A DNA stretch of 64,000 nucleotides, taken from the NCBI GenBank assembly GCA_002189035.1, contig NEEC01000012.1, forward strand, positions 2,356,001 through 2,420,000. Direction: 5' to 3'. How positions within the stretch are numbered: position 1 is the stretch's first letter; each line of letters starts with the position of its first letter. Of the stretch, positions 12,010 through 23,330 are shown piece by piece. The notes beneath the pieces were generated by a model. That model was not told the DNA's origin. It saw nothing but the letters and a program-made list of their open reading frames with translations, and searched no databases. Both the position numbers and the translations under genes were made by a program. The DNA comes from Utricularia gibba. Taxonomy: Eukaryota > Plantae > Magnoliophyta.

Positions 12010-13001
12010 CGCACCAGCATGCCCCATCTTAATAGGCTTCTGTTTCTTTCTCTTGGTGTGTCATGTGGCCAAGATTCTATTTTCCCGGCATTCAGGGGCC
12101 GGCCCCCTCTTCCCTCTCCGCCCAATGGGGTTCCCCTCAAATAAATTCTACATTCCACGATTGCGAATTTAATACCACCATCCCCATCATGTTCCCGTCA
12201 GCTGAGATTCTATTTTCCGTCACCATGTTCCAGCATTACCGGTAACCGGTGGATGCGGACACTGATAATCCCCTCGGAAATCAGACTGTTAGAAGCGGCG
12301 CGTGTAATAATGACCATTAGAATGTCCGACGACAAAGGCGTTACAACTTCAGAGAGGCGCGTGCCATTCCATAGTTCCGTCAACCTCATCCCACTCTAGC
12401 TTTTTCAATATTTTTTATACATTTATAAAAGGAAATAAAATTAAGGATATTGTATTATTTTGGAGATAATATCTATAAAAATAAAAAAATATTTTAATTT
12501 CAATTTAAACTTATATATATATGTATGTGACATAGCACAAACCTAATTCTTTTTGAATGGAGAGTTAGAAATTTGACCATCATACCACAAACTGATAATC
12601 TTCAATATAATTTTTTCTATTTTATTGTGTACGAAAGTAATAATATAATTTTTTTAATTAATATCTTATTTAATTATTAAAATATAAATTTAAGAAATTC
12701 AATAATTTATGAAGTTAAATATAAAATTGTATTTCTAATTTTATTAATTAAAAATTAAAACTGTTAAAATTTAAATAGAATAATTTCAATAAATTGTAAA
12801 AACACACCACGCCTTAACTAATTTCAAATTTCCAACGTTTGGAAACCTCGTCGAAGGTATTCCATAAATTGCCGTGGGGATCCCCACTTCCTTCCTTTCC
12901 TCCTGGTGCATAGTTTCCATCATCATGCTTTCGCAGCGCTGCATTTCCAGGAGGTGAAGGTGCAGCAAGTTGGGTTGCCTCAATTTTATCTGTGAGGTAT
13001 T

Positions 13002-16000
13002 ATGGCCTCCCCAATTCCTGCTGCCTGCGCCTTGGGCTGGAGCGTACGCCTCGACAAAGCCCTCCGTTCACGGAACCCAGGTGAACGCCTGTCTTGAGTT
13101 CTGCTGCACCTACGTCTTTGTTGGGGTTCTTTTTTCATGAATCTTGTTGTATTGCTTTTAAGTGCTGATTCTTGTTTAGATAAACGTATTCAAGCCATAG
13201 AGGAGCTTGGCAGCCAGCTCGAGATGTGGAACACCAACTCGGATATTCCATATGCTGCCTACGCAATGTTTTCGTTAGTACCTTGTGAGGACAAGTTGTT
13301 CCTAAATGCAATTTTTTTGCGCTTGATCGACACATTTAGAGTGGGGAATAAACAGATAAAAAACAGAATCGTAACCCTTTTCTTGAGGATGAGGAGGAAG
13401 GCAAGAACGGAGGCTGGTATTCTGAGTAAGGATAAACTGGAGAATTACTTGCAACTGTTAACCATAGTCAAGCAAGTGTATGATGAAGGAGATTCCGAAG
13501 ACAGGGCTCTGGCATTGGCAGTTTTTGGTTGCTGGCCGTATTTGATCAAAGACTGTGCGGATGTAAGGTATATTCTACTGGCAAGTTTGGTTTCTTCAGA
13601 TGTTACTGAGGTAAGGATCATGGGTAGTCTTGCTACACCTTGCTGGTTTATATTTAATTGTGCCAGTGTTTGGAAGTTTTCACCCATTTCTTCTGTATTG
13701 TGGTCTAGTGAGAAGATTCTGCGTTTATAAAATTTGATTGCTTTCAATATCTTGTCGTTAGATCATACAAGTTGTTAGCAGAAAAGTGTAAGGATATTCA
13801 GGGGCACCTACATCTAGCTAATCGTAATTGCTCTCACTTGGATGACGAAGTTTTATTTGAATGTAGGTGAGAGCTGGGCTTTTCGCTGCTGGGTGCTTAT
13901 CTGAAGTGTCAGATCATTTTGCTTTTGTTTTCCTAGAGGTGCTTACAAGAGCCGTTTTTCCAGCGTGTATGTCAAGGGAGATAAAGTTAGCTGGGGCTAG
14001 ATCATTCTCGAAGCTATGGCACTCTTCCACGGTTGCAGATAAAGCACATAAGGTTCACCATCCCAATGTCTCACCAAAAAAAGAAAAAAAGACAACATAT
14101 ATGTTTTTAAAAGTTATCAAGTATCAATACAGGAAAGCTTGAAGCCAATGTTGATTTAATTAAGTCTCTAATTTTGGAAACTGTCATAGATTTCATGCAT
14201 TTTTTGGGACACATCGTCCATCAGCTTACTTTTTTGTGGTTAAGGTGACATTAGAAGTCTTTGCTTTGTACAGGCAGGTTCAAAGCTTCTTAAAGATTCT
14301 GATGGAGATGACTTTTCTGCAGTGATGCTGATTTCGCTGACTAAAATTGTTTCCAAATGGATGTTTCTGATTCCTTATCAGGTGCCTATTTTTCGAACTT
14401 ACCATTAAACATCTAGAGCAGTCACTTATGGATCTGAAATATGGTTATGGACCTAATTAAGAAATTATACTTAAGATAAATCGATCCACGTGAAGGAAAA
14501 GCTTGGATTTTTCGTGTTGGCTTCCATTGTCCTAATTTATCTGTCTGTTGTAGATTGCAAGAAAGATTGGTGCCTTGTGTAAGTTTGATTTACAATTATT
14601 GGCTGCTTAGTCTGGATTGTATTGTGTATGTAAATGTCCCTGAATTTTCAATGTCGGAGAAGGTGAAAACAAAGATGGGCTTAAATTGGTTCTTTAATTG
14701 CGTATGTTAATCTAAATACTTTCTCATCCTGCTGGATAAAAAATCAATGCTTGTTTATCCTGTAATCCGATCCTAATCTCTGTTCCAAATCTACCTTCTC
14801 GGTTACAGATGGATTTGATAACATCGTTGCTAAATGAAGAGGTATCTTTGCGCCTGAAAATGGTGTCATTAAGATGCTACTATTTAATCTTAGAAAGGGG
14901 AGCCTGTTTCCTTTTCCTAACTTCCGAAACATGTGATACGTTGTTTGGCCTACTGAGCACAGTGGATCTTCGGCCACTGCATCTGCAAGCTCTAAAAGTA
15001 TTGCATAAGGTGCTGTGATTTTAGTTCTGAAACAATGAAGCAATGTCTTTTCATGTTTTTAATTTGAATTCATTTTTCAGATTCTTCTGATAACTGTGTC
15101 GACTGTACCTGTTGAGGGGATTATTGAAATCTTCCATAAGCTATTGGCTGTAACTAGTAATATGCTGAAGTCATCCATTATTCCAGTCAGAACTCTTGCT
15201 GTCAGCGTCTTAGTTGATTCATGTGCAAGGGTGTTGGGAATGAGAGATTTAATCCCTGTTGAACATAGTGGTCGTGTTGCACATATGACCATTTCCTTCA
15301 TTCTGAATCACATCCTTTTGATTATGACCGCCAGCTTGGAAGAAATTCAGGTGACAGAATGCACTACTCTGCTTGATGTTAAAAGTATTCTCCAGTTTTT
15401 ATTTAATCTTGTCTGGAGCCGTCCACAGATTTCATGCATGTTACTGAAGAATATAATCTTCTTTATTGGTGAATTCTTGAGGATTATTGATAAAATGACT
15501 GTTAAGGAGCAGAGCAGCTGTTCCAATGAAAAGATGATAGAGTTCCATGGTTCTGATAAAGCATTAATTGTATCAAAGACCCTGGTGTTTGTTGCTAAAA
15601 TTGTAGCTTCTTGCCTGTATACACTTGAAGAAAGTGATCTTGAAACTCTGCAACTTTTGGATGATTTGAAATATCATGCAGAACGTATATGCCACAGCAG
15701 TCTCTTTTGTAATTATACCTGCTTGACTTATATTCTGTTATTGCATCAGAATTCTTCCATTTGCATGCAATATGAGATAAAGAATCCCCTTGTAAGAAAC
15801 TCAAGTTTTTCCTCCCTTGATTCTATTTTTAAGCTAGACTTATCTGCTTTGGATTTTGTAAAAAAAAATTTGATACAAAATTGCTACTATTCTGCTTATA
15901 AGGCTGGCAAGAGTGCCATGTGTCAAGGGGCTTGGTCCACAGCTGCATTTATATTTGAAAACCTAGTGACAAAAGTTCAATCTTTTCCCTACTCCACCTG

Positions 16001-17612
16001 GATAAACTTCTTGTGGCATTTCTCAACGTCTGAAAAGCATCTTCAATTGTTTCTCTTACCCGACCAAGGTGAGTCGTTTGTTAGGGAAGTAGGTGAATGG
16101 GCTAGTGCTCCCTTGAATACGCATTGTCTGAACTGTATGGAAAATCTTCTTAGAGCCTTCAGCACATTGTTGGCGACCACAGAGATTCTTGAACCATCTG
16201 AGTTACGGCACCAGTTCACTTTTCAGCGATGGTTTTTATACCTTAGAGCGAAGTTTTTGAAAATTGTTTCTGAAGTCTTCACGCTACTATCTGAAAATGT
16301 GTTTGGTCAAGATGTTACTTGGACTGGAGAAAAAGTGGATAGAATCATTCTCTATCCATGTGTAACTCAAAAACTTCCTTTATTGATTCACTCTTCTATA
16401 GAGTTATCACGCCGGATGAACAGGCTTGCTCAACAATTTGATCTATTATTGACATCATTCATGGCCATGGACGCACAAAGCAGGATGACTGTTTCTGCAC
16501 TTGCAATGAGTTGCTCCTTTGTGGCATTAACTGTTGGTTTTTCCTTTCTGATGCCCAACTTGAATGATTCAGGGAGTTTTGGAGTTTCTTTTCACGAAAA
16601 CAAACAGGAACTGATCCACGCTTTGCTTGTGAGTGACTTGATTGTGAGACTGCGGCCTACATACAATAATTGTAGACAGAATCTCCTGTTTCTTCTGAGT
16701 AATATTCACAAAGGTATGCATTATGATTTCAAGGGGCTTCAGAATAAAATGCCCTTTGTTTCTCTTGACTCAATATGGTTAAACAAGCTTTGTGAGTATC
16801 CTGTTGAGGAGCTCGTTAACATGCAAAAAGAGTTAGCTCGAGTGCAGTGCAATGAGGACACCATATCCGAAATTATCAAGAAGAGCTCAAAGCTGCTGCT
16901 GAACTGTATCTCAAATGTGATACTGATTCCTTTCCGGGTTCCAAAGCACTTTTTTTGTGCAGGGTATGGCCAAATGTATATGTTTGGGCTGTCATGATTC
17001 GAGACAATAGATTAGTTGTTTATTGTTTTGTTTGTTTTTTTTGTTGTAATCATTATTTTCTAAGCTATATACTTTTGCAGGCCTCCTGCTTCTGCTGAGC
17101 TGTTTCTGATGAATGAAGATGGTAAGACTGTGTGTGGAACATCTGTTCCCTCTGGAGAACAACTTTCCTTGAATTTGTGTCTTCAAGTCAGAAACCTTGC
17201 TAACCCTCCATCCAGTAATGTGTACTGCATAATCTGCTGTCAGGCACAGTCTCTGTTCATGATTGAATCTGATTACAGTGAAAATCAAGGTGATGAAACA
17301 TCGGAGGCTCACCAAATTGATGATATGACAGACTTGAATGCAAAACTTTGGAAACATATTGTTCACTCTGCAGATGCCAATGCACCCGATACCAGTGATT
17401 CTTCAACTGTAAATGAATACACCCTTTTCCAGCTTAATGAACGTGGTCAAGGGTTCTCTACATGCTTGCTTGATGTATCAAATCTCCCTTCGGGCTCTTA
17501 TATAATCAAATGGCACAGTGGCTTTGTAGATAATGGAGGTGCTTACTGGAGCTTGATACCCCTGAACTCTGGCTCACTATTCAGCATTGCAGTTCCCAAG
17601 AACAAAAATTGA
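13002..17612 (+). CDS. INTS7: Integrator complex subunit 7-like ARM-repeat protein (EMB1895 family)
   Basis: Seven exons starting at 13002, 13180, 13867, about 14274, 14809, 15081 and 17081, all GT-AG and in frame. MASPIPAACALGWSVRLDKALRS.NP, EDKLFLNAIFLRL.D.F..G and the C-terminal STCLLDVS.LP.GSY.IKWH...D..G.YWSL.PLN.G motif match the plant INTS7 family. Confidence 0.85.
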
Positions 17613-18842
17613 TGGGAGGTTTACTTACTGAACCTCTTCACGCATGAACGTCCTGTCCCTTATTATTCCTTCCATGGTGTGCACATGGATGCCTGTTAAA
17701 GGCTTACTATTGTGTATGTCATCTACCGGAAGCTCCTCTAGGTTATGTTACTATTTTTCTGTATATCAGCGATGTTTCTCCAATTCCTTCTTGAATATTC
17801 ATGCTGACTGTTCTTTTTCTTCCCTCACAGGTTTGTTACAGGATCAAGGTTGTAAACCCTGGTATCCTGCTTCTTCCACTCTTTATCTAACAATACATCA
17901 ATCTGTACGCAAAACATTTTAAGAATCAGACCTTCAATATTTCTGATGCAATGTTTCCTTCTTTTCAATTTTCTCATCCACTTACAGTAGCACTGTGATA
18001 AAACTTCTGCTTATGCTGACCATGAGATATTGTTTTTGTTAGTGCTGCTGATTTGTTATTCTTGTATTTTTCTGTTTAGTTGGCGCTCCTGAGACTAATC
18101 CTACTCTAGGAAAAGATCAACCTCCCTATCCGGCCACTCCTGTTCCATCTGATGTGACTGCGATGGCGGAGCCTGACCCTCATGTAACCGGCATGGATGA
18201 AGACACCGGGAAGATGTTTTCAGTTCCGATAACGAGGGAAGAGCATCTTGTCCTTTTTTCCAGCTGCATTGATGCATTTTCCCTGTAATTTTTTGCTTAT
18301 CCAGGGATGCCTTAGGATGCCTTCATGGCTTCCAACCTCATCCAGAAATGGAGTGTGTGCATTGTAGTGCCAGTTCGACTCTTGTTACTCTTCATTTTTA
18401 ACACATCTATTTTTTCCCCTGTTGGAGGCAGTACTTCTAACAACATCTGCCGCATTACTAATGATCATTATTCCGATGCCAATGCTTGTGCTGAAACTGG
18501 GAGAAGACAATCCTGGTTACTCCACACATGAACTTTTACATGGATTTCTGTTACATGGATGTACCCACTAACAATATTTTTTGATTTATGGATAAAATTG
18601 TTTTAATGATTCATATTCTTTTTATACGATATTAAATAACACACTGTTTTTATGTACTAAACAAGATTTTCTTCGGTTTATCGCTTCACAATAAACACTC
18701 GGAAGTAGAAAGTTTTTATTTTTCGTCCGAATGGCGAGGTACAGTAGTTCTTGAAAAGATTAGCGCTAGGAGGGGTTGTCCCTGACCTTTAAACTGCAGA
18801 AGAAACTATGGGTATAAAAAAGGGGAGAATATTTTGGCATCT

Positions 18843-21087
18843 TCACCTCTTCTTCCTGGCCTCGTACAGATAGCTAAAAACCACCACAGCAGCAGCCACA
18901 GCAACCCCAACAGCACTTTGTGCAAGAATGGTTCCATCTTTCACAATCTTCTTGTACCCAGAGGCTGGAGCGAACCCAAGTTCAGAAAGTTTCTTGTGTG
19001 ATTCGGCATAATCCTTGAAAAAAGCATCTTCGTCCTGGGGAAGACAACCAGCCTCCACATAAGAAACATAAGACCATAGAGGATACTAGCAAACTGTGAT
19101 TGGCAAAATGTATGCCGACTGTGGATGGATATAAATTGATATGCGCACATCATGATCAAAGTATTGAATTGGAAGTATTTGCACCTTAGCGTAAAGTTCA
19201 ACATAGTGCCTGAACTCAGGATCTTCAAGCAGGGCCAAGTCAGTTCGAAGTTTCAGCAAGCCCTCAGACTCACCCTTCAGGAGTTCCCTGTTCAGATAAG
19301 TGCAAGTGTTGGCGTTTCACAAGTATTTAAAAAAACTGGCATGAGAATGCCTTTGGGATGTTCAGGGGTAAGGACTCACTGGAAGTATGAGTTGTCAAAC
19401 TTCAGAGGTTCTTGAGTCCAAGGACCATCAAAACCTGATCTCTCAGGATGTGCCCTTCCCTTTTGGAGGGAAGTGAATGTTTACTAACGTTGTTGGAACT
19501 ATTTTTCTAGCAAGAGGATATTAGATTTTGATAGAGATGGAGATTACCAGCGTGTGGCCACCGGATAAAGCAACTATGTCTTTATCAGACAAACCCATCC
19601 GGTGAAACACGTCTCGCAGATGCTGTAAACCTGCCATCAAGCATATGATATTTAGAGCTGGAAGAGTATCACATGACAAACATTGAAGTAGAGGAAATAA
19701 TACCAAAAAGGTGCTATAAACAAGACTCTCTCCAAGAGATAAAACATGGATCAACTAACAATTCGGATAAATCATCATGGAGTATATGAAATGGATCGAT
19801 ACCATTTAACCAAGATTCTATACCATCAGATAAAACATGGCTCGTCTAAGACTTCAGGTAGATGATCATGATTGACTGGAAATATTAATTAATGCCATAA
19901 TGTTTGTTTCCCATCACCTTTATTGGCATCTGGAAGCCTTCCCTCTCTTGGAGAAATCTTTGAATCCTGAAAGATGAGCATACCGGATGCTATTAATTAG
20001 GATCAGGACAACTTGAGTACAAATTTTCAGATTCAATACTTTCTCAAGATCTCAAAACAATGGTAAACAGTACCTTTCTACCAGGCTGGAAGGGGACTGT
20101 GGGGCCTCCAGTAACTTCAACAGCAACAACACCAGCAAGCTAACAGCAGAAACAGGTTGCTCGATACTTTCAACCCCGGATACTTTAACACAGTGAGGAG
20201 ACCATAAGCAAGACTTACCTGATAAAGATCAGCATATGAAATTTTGGAACACTTAGACTTCACTTGCTCTGCAGATAGAGGAAAAATTAACCATAAGTGG
20301 GAGGGACAATAACGAATCTATCTTAGATCATCAATGAGGTTGTATTCAACAGATGATTCAGTAAACCGTGGCAAACATTCAGGAACCATTGATGTACATA
20401 ATTCAGGTACTTTTCACATCCCTAAATGCGAACCAAACATATTGCTCCATGAACTAAACCAAGAAGTGGCAATTTTCATAGCACCAGAAATACGACAAAC
20501 TTTTGAAATCATTCTGTTGGTGTTTGGAATTGTACTAGAAAGTGAACTGGCCTAAACTCCACAATATGTATTCAAATTAAGATCATACAAATGGCAGGCG
20601 GATTGAACAATCTAGCGGATAGTGAACGTCGAAAAAAAGCTTTAATAACATCAGTAGGACCTAGGCAATATTTCGCAGAAAACAAGAGACGAAAAGCAGA
20701 CCATCGAATGAACACAAGAGAAACGAGGAAGAAATATTACCACAAAAATCGAGTGCAATTCTCAAGCCGTTGTTAGCTCCATGAGAGTACTCCTCGACAT
20801 TTCGAATTGACCCATTCGGACCTCCAGTCTTCGTATTCGCATCGTAAGTACCCGCATCATGCCATCTAAAAGAAGCAAACCAGAAAAAGTTCAGCAGTGA
20901 AAAGCCCTAACACCAGATTTTAATCCGACGAAAACCAGTTGACACACAAAAAAAAACAGGAAAATAGGACATACGCCAAACGAAGCATAATAGGCGCGCA
21001 GTTCTTGCTGGCAATGAGAGCACGAAGCTCACGGCGTGCCTTCTCAACGTCCTTGAGGTACTCCGAATCGACGATAAGGCTTGCCAT
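18843..21087 (-). CDS. APX3: Peroxisomal membrane-bound ascorbate peroxidase
   Basis: Nine exons: [46 protein letters not shown]...[31 protein letters not shown]...[21 protein letters not shown], then a C-terminal TM helix and basic tail YEARKKR. Confidence 0.95.
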
Positions 21088-21299
21088 GAGAGTAGCCAGT
21101 TACGACACCACCAATGAACGATAGACGGCGCCTGACTCGAGAAACAAGATCCCCCCTTTCAATCAATGGAAGACGGGATGGGGATTGGGGGATTCGCCCA
21201 TTGTGGCCGCGGATAAAAAATCCTTTTTTTTTTAGAAGTGAGAGCCCTAATTGGTTACCATCCAAGGCTCATCCTTTATCCGGTCCGCGCCAACGGGGT

Positions 21300-22120
21300 T
21301 GACCAGAATGAAGACAGCCGAGGAGCACATCATCAAAATGGATGGCTAAGAGAGGAGATTCTCATACCACCCTCCTGAATACTACCCAGGCTAGCACGCA
21401 AACCTGGTGTGCATGTTCTGAGAGATTCTGCCTTACTTGGGGGACCTTGGAGAATATAGCATGGTGGAGTGGCAAGTTTTGAAATTTGTGAGAGATCCAA
21501 TACCAGCAGAGCCGGTAGCTGATTAACTGTACGCCATCAAAGGGAGGAGCTTCGAAGTTCTTAACTTGGAAGAAACCATCAATGAGATGGTAAGCTAGAT
21601 CTCTTCTCGTGACCTTGGCTTGAATTCTCTTAACGACATGCAAGAAACCTGCAACTGGAATGACACTCGAAGAGGAATGATTGCAAGTCTGCAACAAAGT
21701 AGTGGAAGACTTCCATGTCTAAGGTATAGAACTCCTGACACAATGCTCATCTTTGGTAGCAATAGTGACCCCCCATCAGCATCCGAATCTCAAACAGATG
21801 GGCATCACCCTAATGACAGATGACATGAGATCTTGATTCACTGCTACTTTGTAGGTAGAACTCCTCCCTGATACACCCTCACTTAAAGAGTTCAATAGCG
21901 GCATATATGTTCACCAACACTTTGCCACTCTCCTCTATCCCATCACTCCTCGTCAGGTACTATTTGAAGAAGCAAATTCGCAAACACCAAAAAGCAGACT
22001 TTCAACCAAATCAAATTCCCCCATGAGAGTAGTTCGTTAGGTTCAAAGAGTAACTTGCTTAGTTACAAACATGGTCCAATGGATTTTGTTGCTAGTAGTT
22101 CAATTCCATAAGTTCTAACA
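21300..22120. mobile_element. Possible degraded retroelement or pseudogene relic
   Basis: More GC-rich than the AT-rich spacer that follows it. One + frame (21308-21823) reads protein-like but has 5 internal stops. A TGTTAGAAC LTR-like start lies on the - strand at 22120. No recognisable domain. Confidence 0.2.
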
Positions 22121-22429
22121 ATAGTCTGATAAAATTTCGATTATACTTTGATAAATTTCGATGATATTAGAATGATAAGATGTAAGATTAAAGCACGTTA
22201 TAAATTAAAAGTAACAAACAATAAAATTCTAATTGATAATGAAAAAGTAAAATATTTATAGAAATTTTTTAGGAACTAATGTTGTCAAATGTATGAATAG
22301 GGACTAATTGTGTCAATTGTTGTAAAAAATGGGAATCATTTATATTAAATTATTTATATGAATAGCGTATTTGAAATTATTGTAGATTAATTATACCAAT
22401 TTATAGAACAATATTGAAAATTAAAACAA

Positions 22430-22654
22430 TGTTTTGAAAAATTTTTGAAACCTATTTTTACTTTTCAAAAATAATTTTGAAAAGTAGAATTAAAAAATAA
22501 AAACAATCAATTCATTATTTTTCCAAAAATAATTTTTGTAATTATAATTTTAAATGTATTTTGATAGAATTACTTTTACAATTAAAAATATTTTAGAATA
22601 AAATTATTTTTACTTCTAAAAAATAGAAATAGGTTTTAAAAATTTTTCAAAACA
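22430..22654. mobile_element. AT-rich MITE-like element, copy 1 (225 bp)
   Basis: Terminal inverted repeats TGTTTTGAAAAATTTTTGAAACCTATTT / AAATAGGTTTTAAAAATTTTTCAAAACA; no coding capacity. Confidence 0.65.
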
Positions 22655-22667
22655 CTCGTTAAATTAA

Positions 22668-22893
22668 TGTTTTGAAAAATTTTTGAAATTTGTTTTTATT
22701 TTTTAAAATTATTTTAGAAAAGTGAAAAATAAGAAATAAAAATAAACTATTTATTATTTTTTAAAAAATAATTTTGTAATATAATTTTAAAAGTATTTTT
22801 TGATAGAATTAATTTTATAATTGATATTATTCTAAAATAAAATTATTTTTATTTTTGAAAAATAAAAATATATTTTAAAATTTTTTCAAAACA
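22668..22893. mobile_element. AT-rich MITE-like element, copy 2 (226 bp), tandem to copy 1
   Basis: Same TGTTTTGAAAAATTTT...TTTTCAAAACA ends and a colinear, diverged interior (e.g. shared TTTTGATAGAATTA). Confidence 0.65.
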
Positions 22894-23330
22894 TAATTTA
22901 ATTATATTAAATTGTTTAAATAGTGGGGATGGAGACTGATTTTGCAAAATTTCCAAAATTTGGGGACTAGTATTACCCAATGCGCTATAAAAATTAGAAA
23001 AGTTAGCACTCTAATGGGCAATACATTTTCAAGATAACCCATTTTGGAAAAACACTAAAAAGGATTTCTTTAAAAAAATTATTTTCTTAAATAAGTTGGG
23101 AAGCAGCTGAGAGTTGTAGTACTGAAGCGTCGCGGGGATCTCTTTCGTATGTCTACCCTGCTTCTCTGCTCTTTCCTGTTTACTTGTGCAGTGGAGTTCG
23201 TTCATGGTCGTAGCAACTGATTTTTTCAATTACTGTTTGTTTTGTTTTGTTTCGTTTTTGGGTTACAATGGGGATTTGTGCTGCCATGGCGATGATTGGG
23301 TTTTTTTTTTTTTTTGAACAGAAGACTGAA

